Assembly: GCA_026397235.1 (NCBI GenBank)
Contig: JAPLVG010000023.1
Span: 1 to 61,050, forward strand
From: Candidatus Berkelbacteria bacterium
GTDB taxonomy: Bacteria; Patescibacteriota; UBA1384; XYA2-FULL-43-10; CAINNR01
DNA length: 61,050 bases
Direction: 5' to 3'
Position numbers and translations under genes: made by a program. Shown here piece by piece: positions 44,889 through 54,553 of this stretch. Every line of letters begins with the position of its first letter. The stretch's first letter is position 1. Under the pieces are notes generated by a model, which saw only the letters and a list, made by a program, of their open reading frames with translations, was not told the origin of the DNA and did not search any database.

Positions 44889-45794
44889 ATGAATAATTTA
44901 CTTTCTGACAAAATAATTGTTGATGTTGACACGGGCATTGATGATGCGCTAGCGATTTTATTGTTGGCGAACAAAGCGTCCGACAGAATACTTTGGTTTA
45001 CAACTTGTGGAGGTAATGTTGGCGTTTCACAGACAACTAAAAACACTTTGGCGGTCTTGGAATTGATTGGTTCGAATGTTCCTGTTTACAAAGGCTCGGA
45101 TAAAAATCTTGCTGGAGAAGGTTATATTTTCGCTTACGATTATCACGGCAGAAATGGAATTTGTAATGTCGAGTTAACAAATAGTCGGACTGTGTCAGGT
45201 GATGCGATGAGCTTTATGAAAAAAAGTATTGATGAAAACGGCGGCCAGATTTCGTTTCTTTGTTTAGCTCCTCCAACCAATCTGGCAAAGACTCTCAAAG
45301 AATCCCCAGAGCTAGTGAAAAAAATAAATTCAGTTGTACTAATGGGAGGAGCGTTGAAAGTTTCTGGCAATCAAACAGAAAAAGCCGAGTTCAATTTTTT
45401 TCAAGATCCCTTAGCCGTGGACATTATTTTAAAAAGTGTTAAAAATGTTTATATTGTTCCCCTTGATATTACAAACAGATGTTTAATAGCCGAGCAAGAT
45501 ATTAATGACATCTCCTCAAATTCGGCCCAGGTCAAGTTCTTTAAGCAAGCAATAGAAAATTGGTATGAGTTTTTTGGTAGACCAAAAAATCGAAGTTTCG
45601 AATTATATGATCCGTTAGCTGCCGCGGCAGTTTGTTCTGATGTGCTGAAGTTTGAACGGGAAAGAATTGATGTCGTAATGTCTGGTCAAAATCGCGGTGC
45701 TCTTATTTCCGGCGGTAAAACTGAGGTTAGCCTCGCTACAGACTGCGATGAGATAGAATTTATGGAAATGTTTTACGGTGCTTTCAAAAAGTGA
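44889..45794 (+). CDS. Inosine/uridine-preferring nucleoside hydrolase family protein
   Basis: 301 aa; N-terminal IIVDVDTGIDDALAILLL (DxDxxxDD) signature. Confidence 0.9.
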   Translation: MNNLLSDKIIVDVDTGIDDALAILLLANKASDRILWFTTCGGNVGVSQTTKNTLAVLELIGSNVPVYKGSDKNLAGEGYIFAYDYHGRNGICNVELTNSRTVSGDAMSFMKKSIDENGGQISFLCLAPPTNLAKTLKESPELVKKINSVVLMGGALKVSGNQTEKAEFNFFQDPLAVDIILKSVKNVYIVPLDITNRCLIAEQDINDISSNSAQVKFFKQAIENWYEFFGRPKNRSFELYDPLAAAAVCSDVLKFERERIDVVMSGQNRGALISGGKTEVSLATDCDEIEFMEMFYGAFKK

Positions 45795-45888
45795 ATTGGC
45801 TCATGTATACGATGGTGAAATGGAATATTGAGATTATAATCACTTTGTGCTAGTATTAAAGCAGTCTAAACAACGAATTTTTTAGTTA

Positions 45889-47163
45889 ATGGATACACTG
45901 GCGAAAATTTGGCAGTATAGGGATTTGCGCAACAAAGTTCTCGTAGTTGCAGGTCTTTTAATTTTGACTCGAGTTATTTCACATATACCACTACCTGGTG
46001 TTAACCTTGAACAACTTCGGGCCTTTTTTGAAAATAATCAAATTTTTGGACTTCTAAATATGTTCTCTGGTGGTACAATGAGCTCATTTTCTATTGCTTT
46101 AATGGGAGTTGGGCCGTATATTACTTCATCAATTGTCTTTCAGCTTCTAACCATGATAGTCCCGCGTCTGGAAGAAATACAGAAGGAGGGTGAGGCTGGC
46201 CGTAATAAAATTAATCAATGGACCAGGCTTCTCACTGTTCCTTTGGCAATTGTTCAAGGATATTCAATGTTATTCTTGCTGCGTAGCCAGGGCATTATTC
46301 CGACTTGGACGATTTATCAATTAATAATTATGCTGATTTCCATTACCGCTGGCACCTTGGTTCTAATGTGGATTGGTGAAATTATTACCGAAAAGGGGAT
46401 TGGTAATGGTTTATCTTTGATAATCTCAATCGGCATTTTGGCCAAACTTCCGTCATCTATCCGCAATACAGCATCACTTATTTCTGTTGCTGACACGACA
46501 AAGATTATTGAAATGCTGATTTTCGTCATCATTACGATATTAATTATTGGCGCTATTGTTCTAATAACCGAAGGCCAACGCAATATTCCAGTTTCCTATG
46601 CCAGAAAATCCCGCAACGCCAGTTCATATTCCAGCATCAATTCGTTTTTGCCGATTAAGGTTAACACCGCCGGTGTTATCCCAATTATCTTTGCCATGAG
46701 CCTAATGATTATCCCTGGTGTTGTTGCTAAGTTTTTTGTCAGTGCAACCACACCTTGGGTTGCTCACGCCGCCAGTGTGACCGAAAACTTGTTCAAGAAT
46801 AATTTGTTTTACGGAGCACTGTACTTTGTCTTAGTTGTTGCCTTCACTTACTTTTATACTTCAGTTGTTTTCAAACCGGATCAGATTGCCGAAAACTTGC
46901 AAAAACAGGGTGGATTTGTCCCGGGAATTCGGCCGGGTAGCGAAACAATTCATTTTCTTGGTAATATTATTGTTCGTATTACCTTAACATCATCAATCTT
47001 TTTAGGCCTAATCGCCGTCTTGCCATACATAATGCAAGCAGTAACCAATGTTAACACTCTGGTTATTGGCGGTACTGGAATTTTAATTGTTGTATCGGTT
47101 GTCATTGAAACAATGAATCAATTGCAAGCACAATTGACAATGCATACGTATGAAAACTACTAA
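45889..47163 (+). CDS. secY: Preprotein translocase subunit SecY
   Basis: 424 aa; multi-TM, typical SecY N-terminus and GGFVPGIRPG motif. Confidence 0.97.
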   Translation: MDTLAKIWQYRDLRNKVLVVAGLLILTRVISHIPLPGVNLEQLRAFFENNQIFGLLNMFSGGTMSSFSIALMGVGPYITSSIVFQLLTMIVPRLEEIQKEGEAGRNKINQWTRLLTVPLAIVQGYSMLFLLRSQGIIPTWTIYQLIIMLISITAGTLVLMWIGEIITEKGIGNGLSLIISIGILAKLPSSIRNTASLISVADTTKIIEMLIFVIITILIIGAIVLITEGQRNIPVSYARKSRNASSYSSINSFLPIKVNTAGVIPIIFAMSLMIIPGVVAKFFVSATTPWVAHAASVTENLFKNNLFYGALYFVLVVAFTYFYTSVVFKPDQIAENLQKQGGFVPGIRPGSETIHFLGNIIVRITLTSSIFLGLIAVLPYIMQAVTNVNTLVIGGTGILIVVSVVIETMNQLQAQLTMHTYENY

Positions 47164-47252
47164 CACTACTAATATAATAATTTCTCTAATATACCAATAA
47201 ATCCCATTCGTATATTCGGTAAATTCGTAAATTAGTAGTAAGTGAGGTGATT

Positions 47253-47882
47253 ATGCTACCGAATGTTATTATTCTGCTTGGTGGGCCCGCCTCGGGGAAA
47301 GGGACACAAGCAAAAGTCTTGGCCAAACGTATTGGCTACACCTATTTTGGAACTGGTGATCTGATGCGCGCTGAAGTTGAAAAAGGCACCGATTTAGGTA
47401 AAACCATGGCTGATTTAATGAACCGTGGCAAATTAGTGCCGGACAAATTAACAATCCCAATTGTTATCAACAGGCTTGAAGAACTTAGGAGCACAAATAT
47501 AGTTTTAGATGGTTTTCCTCGAAATTTAGATCAGGCCGAAATTTTGCAGGATGTATTTCCAAATGAAAACTTTTTAGTACTAAATATTGAAGTTTCGGGA
47601 GATGAGTTGTTAAAACGAATGTCATCTCGTCGGATTTGTGATAAATGTGGCAACATAATCACAGTTAAAAATGATGAAAAAGTTTGCGAAAAGTGCGGCG
47701 GCAACCTAATTCAGCGAGATGATGATAAGCCAGAGGTGCTAACGAAGCGGATTCAATCGTACGAGGAGCAGACTAAGCCAATTATTGCCTACTACCGCGA
47801 AAAAGGCTTGGTCCGTGATATTGATGGCCAGCCACCAATTGAAGAAGTTACAAAAGAAATTTTCAACTACACGGATTTCTAA
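47253..47882 (+). CDS. adk: Adenylate kinase (zinc-lid type)
   Basis: GGPASGKGTQ P-loop; CDKCG...CEKCGG lid. ATG 47253 is preceded by GAGGTGA. The C-terminal residues FNYTDF are encoded by a heptamer array. Confidence 0.95.
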   Translation: MLPNVIILLGGPASGKGTQAKVLAKRIGYTYFGTGDLMRAEVEKGTDLGKTMADLMNRGKLVPDKLTIPIVINRLEELRSTNIVLDGFPRNLDQAEILQDVFPNENFLVLNIEVSGDELLKRMSSRRICDKCGNIITVKNDEKVCEKCGGNLIQRDDDKPEVLTKRIQSYEEQTKPIIAYYREKGLVRDIDGQPPIEEVTKEIFNYTDF

Positions 47883-47899
47883 CACGGATTGGAACGGAT
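47870..47899 (+). repeat. Heptamer array, forward arm only, spanning the adk stop codon
   Basis: CACGGAT 47870, CACGGAT 47883, AACGGAT 47893. Confidence 0.85.
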
Positions 47900-47926
47900 A
47901 TTAAAGAATATTAATAAGATTGAATA

Positions 47927-48691
47927 ATGCAGAGAAAATTATTACCAGAACAACTTGCCGATTTCCGAAAATCTGGTCAGATTTTGGCAACGGCTTTAGC
48001 TGAGGTCGTTGTATATGTCAAACCTGGTATTACCACAGCGAATCTTGATGATATTGCGGAGCGAAGTTTGCGCCGCCAAGGTGCCCAACCATCATTTAAA
48101 AATTATAAAACTGGTGACACACCACGCTTTCCGGCATCACTTTGTGTTTCAATAAATGATGAACTTGTTCACGGTATTCCATCTGAAAAGCGGTTTCTAA
48201 AAAACGGCGATATTATCTCACTTGATCTAGGAGCCAATTATTACGGAACTTTTACTGATATGGCAGTCACTGTTGCAGTTGGTAAGATTACAGCTGAAGA
48301 AAAAAAAATAATTGATGTGACCAAAAATGTGTTGGACACAGCAATTAAATTTGTAAAGCCAGGAATTACAACCGGTGATTTGGGCAGTATGATTGATGAA
48401 TATGTGAAGAAAAATAATTTGCTGGTAATTCGGGATTTTGTTGGCCATGGAATTGGTTTAATGCCACACGATGAACCACAGGTACCAAATTTTGGTCAAC
48501 CAGGAAAGGGCACTATTTTGGAAGAGGGGATGGCAATTGCTATTGAGCCAATGTTAACGACTCGTGATATTGACGTAAAAATTGCAAAAGACGGTTGGAC
48601 TGTTCGCATGGCTCACGGTCAACATTGTGCTCATTTCGAACATACTATATTAATCACAAAAACCGGCGCTGAAATTATTACAAAATTGTAA
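47927..48691 (+). CDS. map: Methionine aminopeptidase type I
   Basis: 254 aa; conserved metal ligands in DLGANYYGTFTDMA, GHGIG, EPM contexts. Confidence 0.96.
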   Translation: MQRKLLPEQLADFRKSGQILATALAEVVVYVKPGITTANLDDIAERSLRRQGAQPSFKNYKTGDTPRFPASLCVSINDELVHGIPSEKRFLKNGDIISLDLGANYYGTFTDMAVTVAVGKITAEEKKIIDVTKNVLDTAIKFVKPGITTGDLGSMIDEYVKKNNLLVIRDFVGHGIGLMPHDEPQVPNFGQPGKGTILEEGMAIAIEPMLTTRDIDVKIAKDGWTVRMAHGQHCAHFEHTILITKTGAEIITKL

Positions 48692-48701
48692 AGGAGAAAA
48701 T

Positions 48702-49142
48702 ATGATCGAAACAATCAAAAAAGAATTAAATGGTTACGATGGAAATTGGAAAGACAAAAAAGGCGTCTGGGAATTTAGTTCTGTTATTGCCGAACGCAAA
48801 GCCTTTTTATCAACCAAAAGGTTAACTTACTCCGCGCGAGTGAAAATTGATGAAGATGCGAAGATCATTCATTTCTCAGAGATGTTAATTGAGGCTGGTT
48901 CCGGTTTATCTTCCGGCAGTGGTTTTGATGGTGATTCTGGAATGTCAGCCGGCTTTGGTTTCAAAGCTGAGAGTTACAACACTATGAATGGCGGCCGCGA
49001 AGGCAAAATCGAAGAACAATCGAATCTGTTTGGTAAAAAGTTTGAATATAAATTTGACTATAAAGAAATTCGGGCTAAAATTGAAGAATTAACAAAATCA
49101 GCTGGTTATAAATTCGAATATCAAATTCTGCCAGTGAGATAA
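48702..49142 (+). CDS. Hypothetical protein
   Basis: 146 aa with AGGAG SD; Gly/Ser-rich middle; no family recognised. Confidence 0.55.
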   Translation: MIETIKKELNGYDGNWKDKKGVWEFSSVIAERKAFLSTKRLTYSARVKIDEDAKIIHFSEMLIEAGSGLSSGSGFDGDSGMSAGFGFKAESYNTMNGGREGKIEEQSNLFGKKFEYKFDYKEIRAKIEELTKSAGYKFEYQILPVR

Positions 49143-49175
49143 TTTAGAATAGTTTCTAAATTTAGGGAGGAAATT

Positions 49176-49880
49176 ATGAAAAAGTTTCTAATCGTTCTTG
49201 CTTGTATTATCGTCATCATCACACTAGTTGCAGGTTACTTTGGTTTTATTCCGGGGCTATCAAATGTTATGGGTGCCAATAAGCCAAAAGATTTAGGTGT
49301 AAAATATACTGACGCAGATTTGCAAAAAGGAAGAGGCCTAACCGGGGTTGATTTGCAAAGTTTAATAAGTGATCAAAAGTCGCTTGATTTTACTGGCAGT
49401 AAAAATATCTACGGCGAATATACTAGTGAAATTATTACCGCAATGATTTCCAGCGCTAAATATAAATTCTATCCGTTGTCGAACACACAAGTGCGAATTA
49501 ATGCCGACGGCATAGTTGAAGCTGCTGGTAATTTTGACATTGATAAAGCTTTAAAATGGTCAGCTGATTTGGGCGGCGATACCAGTTTTTCCCGCGAAGT
49601 TGAAAACTATACCAAATACGTTTCAAACAATCCGAGTTATTATCTTAAGGGAAAAATGACTGTTACAAATAATCAAATAACACTCGATATCTCTGAAGCG
49701 CAAATATCTAGGTTTAGGGCTCCGCAATCAGTTATCAACAAGTATCAAGGCGACTTGGCAAATTTTGTCGAACAAAAGATTTCTGCCGTCCCGGGGATGA
49801 ATATCAAATCCGCCGATTTTTCAACTGGCTCTTTAAAACTCGATGCAACGTATCCAGCGATAGAAAAAAGTCTGAAATAA
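49176..49880 (+). CDS. Hypothetical N-terminally membrane-anchored protein
   Basis: 234 aa; GGGAGG SD; N-terminal TM (FLIVLACIIVIITLVAGYFGF). Confidence 0.55.
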   Translation: MKKFLIVLACIIVIITLVAGYFGFIPGLSNVMGANKPKDLGVKYTDADLQKGRGLTGVDLQSLISDQKSLDFTGSKNIYGEYTSEIITAMISSAKYKFYPLSNTQVRINADGIVEAAGNFDIDKALKWSADLGGDTSFSREVENYTKYVSNNPSYYLKGKMTVTNNQITLDISEAQISRFRAPQSVINKYQGDLANFVEQKISAVPGMNIKSADFSTGSLKLDATYPAIEKSLK

Positions 49881-49914
49881 AATACTCTGGGTTAAAGCCA
49901 CAGAGTATTTTTTA
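49880..49914 (+). terminator. Rho-independent terminator
   Basis: AATACTCTG (49881-49889) / CAGAGTATT (49901-49909) plus T-run. Confidence 0.7.
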
Positions 49915-49991
49915 ACGCTTTGTATGCCTGCGGCTTTACTATCAATTGTTTCATCCTCGATCTAAAGCTCGAGGTTTTCACTGTCTTGTTA

Positions 49992-50017
49992 TAAAAAAAC
50001 CGCGGTTTCCCGCGGTT
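49992..50017 (-). terminator. Rho-independent terminator of the minus-strand PHP-ankyrin gene
   Basis: ACCGCGG tttc CCGCGGT with the A7 run on the + strand (T7 on the - strand) on its downstream side. Confidence 0.7.
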
Positions 50018-50033
50018 AGAGTTCTAGTGGCCA

Positions 50034-51755
50034 CTACTCTTTGGCACCCCTAGCCAGGAGCAGTTTAATGACATCATCCAAACTATGTTCCATCGCGCGT
50101 TTGAGCGGACGAACGCCGCTATCGCCAGGCAGATTGACATTGGCTCCTTTTTCGATCAGGAACTTAGCCAGCTCAGAGTGGTCGCTGTCAATTGCCCATA
50201 TTAGCGGGTTGTTGCCGTCGGTACAGATGTTGATGTTGGCACCACTATCCAGAAGCAACTGCGCCTTTTGTACATCACCAGTTAATGCAACTTCCATTAG
50301 TGGTCCAGGTTCGCCGGCGCCCAACCGACAATCCGGTTCGGCACCATGTTGCAGAAGATAACTTACGCAGTCATTGCTGCCAACAACGCATGCAACTGAT
50401 AATGCGAGCGGTTTACTGGAGTGGACCTTAAAGTCATAGCCGCCCCGTTGATCCCTGGCGTTAGCCAGTGATGGATCAGTGTTAAGACATGATTCCATTG
50501 TAGTCAGGTTCCCGGACTTGATGGCATCAAAGAAAGATGCGGTTTGCCCCGGCAATCTGAGCCGCAACGTAATTGGTGAGGTTATCAGCAATGTTTGTTC
50601 TCCCAATTTAGTTGTTCCAATTACACGGACAACATAACGGTATGTGCTACCCGGTGTTACTGATGTGTCGGTCCAACCGGTCTGAAAATCATCGCCTCCG
50701 TTCAGATTGCAGTAGCTCCGTTCTCCCGCGTACTCCTGCCTGGCTACCTCAGTCCCGTCTCGGTAGACGATGATTTTCACGTCACTGGCAGATAACCGAG
50801 CCAGTGCAGTGATGGTCATTTTATCAACGCCTTCAGTATTGAATCCTGGATTTTGTCCGCCATCGCTGACAAAATCTGTGAAGAATGCACCATTGCAAGC
50901 TGCATAGGTTTTGCCTTCAGAAATCGCGCAAATTATTGATTCCTCGCTGAAGTCGTCGGCATAGACCCAGGTTACTCTATCGAGGGATCCGAGCAGTGCG
51001 TCTGGGATACTTGACGCGATGGTGCCGTGGTAATCGGACCCGGCTGTGACAAAAACCAGGAAATTATGCGACACAAGGAGGAGATACCATCTGACACATT
51101 CATCGTCCTGGCCTGGGCCAAGTGTGTTCATATGCTCTACTCCGCACAATCCATCAAAGCCCTGCTGCATGTTGAAGCGGTTGTCTGATCTGGCGAGGTT
51201 AATGCCTGACAACATCTGCGTGGGGTGAGCGGCAACCGGCAACATGCCCAACGTCAGCGCTTGGTTGATAATCGATTGTTGCATGTCCAGCCGATCGACT
51301 ATTGGCTGGTTGGCTCCTGTCCCCAAAGAGTAGCAGTTGACGAAGGCTTTAAACCTCTCGTCCAGATTACCAAACACAACGATATGGCTGTGCGCCAAAG
51401 TGTTTGGCTCCGGATGCCAAAGTGACCCAACTTCGGCACCTGGTATGGCGACGAAGTGATTGTTGCTTTCGGCCCGGATTGATGCCGGATATCCCTTCTC
51501 CCAACCCGGGTGCGCAACGATCTGATCAAAGTGATCCGTGTTAATCCAGGCACATTTGTGATCTGACCGGAGTGAGCCCAGAAGTTCCTGAATCTTCAAG
51601 GCGAGCTGGTTTATAACATTGCCACCATCAGACCATGTTGATGTATGAGTGTGTATCAGCACCGGATACCATTCTCCGCAAAAGCCGGGGGAGCAAATCA
51701 TCAGCAAGAACGTTCCCAACAAGCAAAAAACACTTATGCGCTTCAAGGCAATCAC
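50034..51755 (-). CDS. Secreted PHP-domain-like + ankyrin-repeat protein (GC-rich, opposite strand)
   Basis: 573 aa; signal-peptide-like N-terminus; IHTHTSTWSDGG (PHP-type HxH...D); C-terminal ankyrin repeats (NPLIWAIDSDHSELAKFLIEKGANVN...); sampled lines ~55% GC. Confidence 0.75.
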   Translation of the reverse strand: MIALKRISVFCLLGTFLLMICSPGFCGEWYPVLIHTHTSTWSDGGNVINQLALKIQELLGSLRSDHKCAWINTDHFDQIVAHPGWEKGYPASIRAESNNHFVAIPGAEVGSLWHPEPNTLAHSHIVVFGNLDERFKAFVNCYSLGTGANQPIVDRLDMQQSIINQALTLGMLPVAAHPTQMLSGINLARSDNRFNMQQGFDGLCGVEHMNTLGPGQDDECVRWYLLLVSHNFLVFVTAGSDYHGTIASSIPDALLGSLDRVTWVYADDFSEESIICAISEGKTYAACNGAFFTDFVSDGGQNPGFNTEGVDKMTITALARLSASDVKIIVYRDGTEVARQEYAGERSYCNLNGGDDFQTGWTDTSVTPGSTYRYVVRVIGTTKLGEQTLLITSPITLRLRLPGQTASFFDAIKSGNLTTMESCLNTDPSLANARDQRGGYDFKVHSSKPLALSVACVVGSNDCVSYLLQHGAEPDCRLGAGEPGPLMEVALTGDVQKAQLLLDSGANINICTDGNNPLIWAIDSDHSELAKFLIEKGANVNLPGDSGVRPLKRAMEHSLDDVIKLLLARGAKE

Positions 51756-51866
51756 CTCAGTTGGGAATTTGCAAGACCGTCTCTATAATAGAGTATATAT
51801 CTTGTATTGTCTATGCGTATATCTAAAAAAGTGTATAATAAAGACATAAATAACTAGGGGGCAAAA

Positions 51867-52376
51867 ATGAAAGAACTTTGGAACACACTCAATTCATTAT
51901 ATTCGAGCGTTTTGCGCCCTGAGTCTATTTATGTGGTTAATTTTCTGGCCAATAGCTTGCCGGCAGTAATTGCTTTAATTGCTGTAATTGTTGTTTTATC
52001 CATCATTCGGTCAAAAATAATAAAAAATATTAAATGGCAACAGTTTGTCGATTTTATCGCCGGAATGATTGCTGTACTTTTATTCATTACCGCTTGGTAC
52101 AGCTTCAGTCCGTCGCTGAATAAATATTTTAAGTATGTTCCGTCATCGACTTCAATTAAGTCGACAACAACGACTCCAGGCACAACAACTCAATCATCAA
52201 CTCCATCATATAAACAATTGTATTATTCAGTTGGCTGTTATGATTGTTATGCTGACAGCTGTGTTCGTAATGGCTATAGTTACGGAGGCTATGACGTAAA
52301 TTACTATAATTACATCCGTAGTTTATGCAAAAGTTGTTCCTGCAGTTCTTATCGAGCACAATCCCTTTGGCGGTAA
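51867..52376 (+). CDS. Hypothetical membrane protein with Thr-rich linker and Cys/Tyr-rich C-terminus
   Basis: 169 aa; GGGGG SD-like; two TM segments; C-terminus CYDCYADSC...CKSCSCSSY. Confidence 0.5.
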   Translation: MKELWNTLNSLYSSVLRPESIYVVNFLANSLPAVIALIAVIVVLSIIRSKIIKNIKWQQFVDFIAGMIAVLLFITAWYSFSPSLNKYFKYVPSSTSIKSTTTTPGTTTQSSTPSYKQLYYSVGCYDCYADSCVRNGYSYGGYDVNYYNYIRSLCKSCSCSSYRAQSLWR

Positions 52377-52387
52377 TTAAAAAATAA

Positions 52388-52852
52388 ATGGATGATAAAA
52401 ACAGATTTAGGAAGATAATTTTGCAAGCGCTGATGATTGCAGTTATCGGCGTAGCTCTATTAAACATTACTTTTATGTTTGATTTTGCTTGGCAATCTGC
52501 GGTTAAATTTGTGTTTCTTCGCAACATCGATTTAGGAAATAGTTGGTTCCCGCTCTATATGCACTTGCTTTTTGTTTTATTAATCGCAATAATCTCTTGG
52601 CTTGTTTACCGGATGCATCTTGGTGACATATATAAAGCGACTTATACGATGGTACCGGCGGCGGTTTTGTTAGTCACTGACGGAATATTGTTTTATCGTT
52701 GGCCAATCTATGCATACAGCGTTGGCGTGATAGCATCACTGATAATATTGTATGTTTTCTATCAGAAAAAACTTTCCTGGTTTTATTACTTTGCTGTTTT
52801 GTTTGTGGCTTTAGTATTATTAGTCATGGGTCTAACTGGACAACAGATCTAA
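52388..52852 (+). CDS. Hypothetical polytopic membrane protein
   Basis: 154 aa, ~4 hydrophobic segments. Confidence 0.5.
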   Translation: MDDKNRFRKIILQALMIAVIGVALLNITFMFDFAWQSAVKFVFLRNIDLGNSWFPLYMHLLFVLLIAIISWLVYRMHLGDIYKATYTMVPAAVLLVTDGILFYRWPIYAYSVGVIASLIILYVFYQKKLSWFYYFAVLFVALVLLVMGLTGQQI

Positions 52853-52860
52853 AACAATTA

Positions 52861-52894
52861 AAAAATACCCTGTCGTTTGATGGGGTATTTTTTA
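52861..52894. terminator. Bidirectional terminator between convergent genes
   Basis: AAAAATACCC (52861-52870) / GGGGTATTTTTT (52882-52893). Confidence 0.7.
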
Positions 52895-52906
52895 ATAAGT
52901 CGCTAT

Positions 52907-54160
52907 TTATTCAACAAAAGTCAGTGCCATGCCGGACTTATCACCACGGCCGGTTCTACCAATGCGGTGGCAATAATCATCGTAAGTATTTGGAACAGTA
53001 TAGTTAATAACATGTGAAATATCGCCAATATCAAGTCCGCGGGCTGCGACATCGGTAGCAACCAAGATGTTACAATGATCGTTGCGGAAAGCTGTCAGCG
53101 ATCGCTCTCGTTGGCTTTGTCGTTTATTACCGTGAATTGATTCAGCACGGTGGCCATGACTAGAAAGATCTTCGGCTAGTTTTTCAACATCACGTTTGGT
53201 TTCAGTAAAAATCAAAACCTTTTTAAGCTCAGGTTGATTTAGTAAGTCCTGAAGTTTACTGAACTTTTCCGATCGGTCTCGAACCCGGATGATATCTTGG
53301 AGAATTCCATCGGCGGTGTCACCGGTTTTGACTGCAACAGAAACCGGATTATTCAGATATTGGGTAACCAAGTTCTTAATTTTAAACGGTAGAGTCGCTG
53401 AAAAGAATAGTGCTTGTCGTTGCTTGGGCAAAACACTTAAAATCAGCGTAATTTCTTCAACAAAGCCCATATCCAGCATCCGATCAACTTCATCCAAGAC
53501 GATGTTTTGAAAAGTTTCGAATCTAATCAAACCGCGATCGGATAAATCCTTCAAACGACCAGGCGTTCCAATTACAAAGCTTGAACCGCGTCGTAAGTTT
53601 TGTATTTGACGGCCCATTGGGGTTCCGCCAACACAGACGACTGAAAAAATTCCCATGCCGTTGGCAAACTGGCGAAATTCGTTGTCAATTTGTATGGCCA
53701 GTTCGCGGGTTGGGGCGATGATTAAGACTTTCTGATGTCGATTTTTGAAAACTTTTTCAATCATCGGCAGCAAAAATGCCGCGGTTTTTCCGGTGCCGGT
53801 ATTTGCCAGTCCAATTAAGTCACGGCCAAGCATAATAGGAGTAATTGCTTCGTCTTGAACTGGAGTTGGGGCCAAATAATTACGGCTGTCCAAATTTCTT
53901 TGCAATTCGGTACAAAAACCGAAATCGCGAAATACATGTTTTGCGATAAATTTAACCGTTTGTGCAGTTGGAACTGACCGTTGGATAAACTTTGAGATAT
54001 CAATATTTTCGCTTCGACCGCGTCTTGCTGGTCGAGAACGATTATTGCTTTGTTGACTGGAACTATAACGTTTTGGACCATATCCACCAGAAAGTGGGCG
54101 ATTACCAAAACTGTTTCTACGCGCACCAAAATTACTTTTGGTCTGACTTCTTCCGTACAT
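52907..54160 (-). CDS. DEAD-box ATP-dependent RNA helicase with RG-rich N-terminus
   Basis: 417 aa; NTGTGKTAAFLLP, DEVD (motif II), SAT, HRIGRTGR. Confidence 0.95.
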   Translation of the reverse strand: MYGRSQTKSNFGARRNSFGNRPLSGGYGPKRYSSSQQSNNRSRPARRGRSENIDISKFIQRSVPTAQTVKFIAKHVFRDFGFCTELQRNLDSRNYLAPTPVQDEAITPIMLGRDLIGLANTGTGKTAAFLLPMIEKVFKNRHQKVLIIAPTRELAIQIDNEFRQFANGMGIFSVVCVGGTPMGRQIQNLRRGSSFVIGTPGRLKDLSDRGLIRFETFQNIVLDEVDRMLDMGFVEEITLILSVLPKQRQALFFSATLPFKIKNLVTQYLNNPVSVAVKTGDTADGILQDIIRVRDRSEKFSKLQDLLNQPELKKVLIFTETKRDVEKLAEDLSSHGHRAESIHGNKRQSQRERSLTAFRNDHCNILVATDVAARGLDIGDISHVINYTVPNTYDDYCHRIGRTGRGDKSGMALTFVE

Positions 54161-54213
54161 TTTTTTTGTCTTTCCACAACGAGAAAAAAGATTCCCGAAG
54201 CTTTTGATTAATT

Positions 54214-54338
54214 GTCATTCCCGCCGATTCGACTCTGAGCCCGGAGCAAAGGCTCACGGTTCGAAGAGCGAAGGCGGGAATCTACTATTAGTGGATCCCC
54301 GAATAGGTCGGGGATGACTCAACTATTAAAGTTGAGTC
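54214..54338. repeat. GC-rich compound hairpin element (GTCATTCCCGCC...GGGGATGAC) plus adjacent hairpin
   Basis: ATTCCCGCC (54217-54225) / GGCGGGAAT (54273-54281); GAGCC/GGCTC inside; ATCCCCGA (54295-54302) / TCGGGGAT (54308-54315); GACTCAACT (54316-54324) / AGTTGAGTC (54330-54338). Confidence 0.75.
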
Positions 54339-54553
54339 AATTATTCCATGCTGCTAGCCAGGCTCTAAAATTGGCCCAGATATTGCTGCAATAGAACGTC
54401 GAAACAATTAATCTTTCGGAAATCTATAGAACAATATTTAACAACAATGTAACTATAGCATAAAAATAAAATAAATACAAGGGCTTGACAGTTATTCAAA
54501 TATTTTACATTTCGAGTATAATATATATCAAAAGAATAATTCAAAAAAAGGAA

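Noticed and set aside
27603-45888. Calling the rplO-secY island a prophage, ICE or transposon
   Set aside because: No integrase, recombinase, transposase, capsid/terminase genes or attachment-site tRNA were recognised. Only small elements (the GIY-YIG hairpin element and the inverted-repeat cassette) show mobility signatures.
50041-51553. Plus- and minus-strand ORFs overlapping the PHP-ankyrin gene (50041-50361 +, 51046-51228 +, 51225-51425 +, 51299-51553 -)
   Set aside because: These are by-products of high GC inside a 573-codon gene with recognisable domains.
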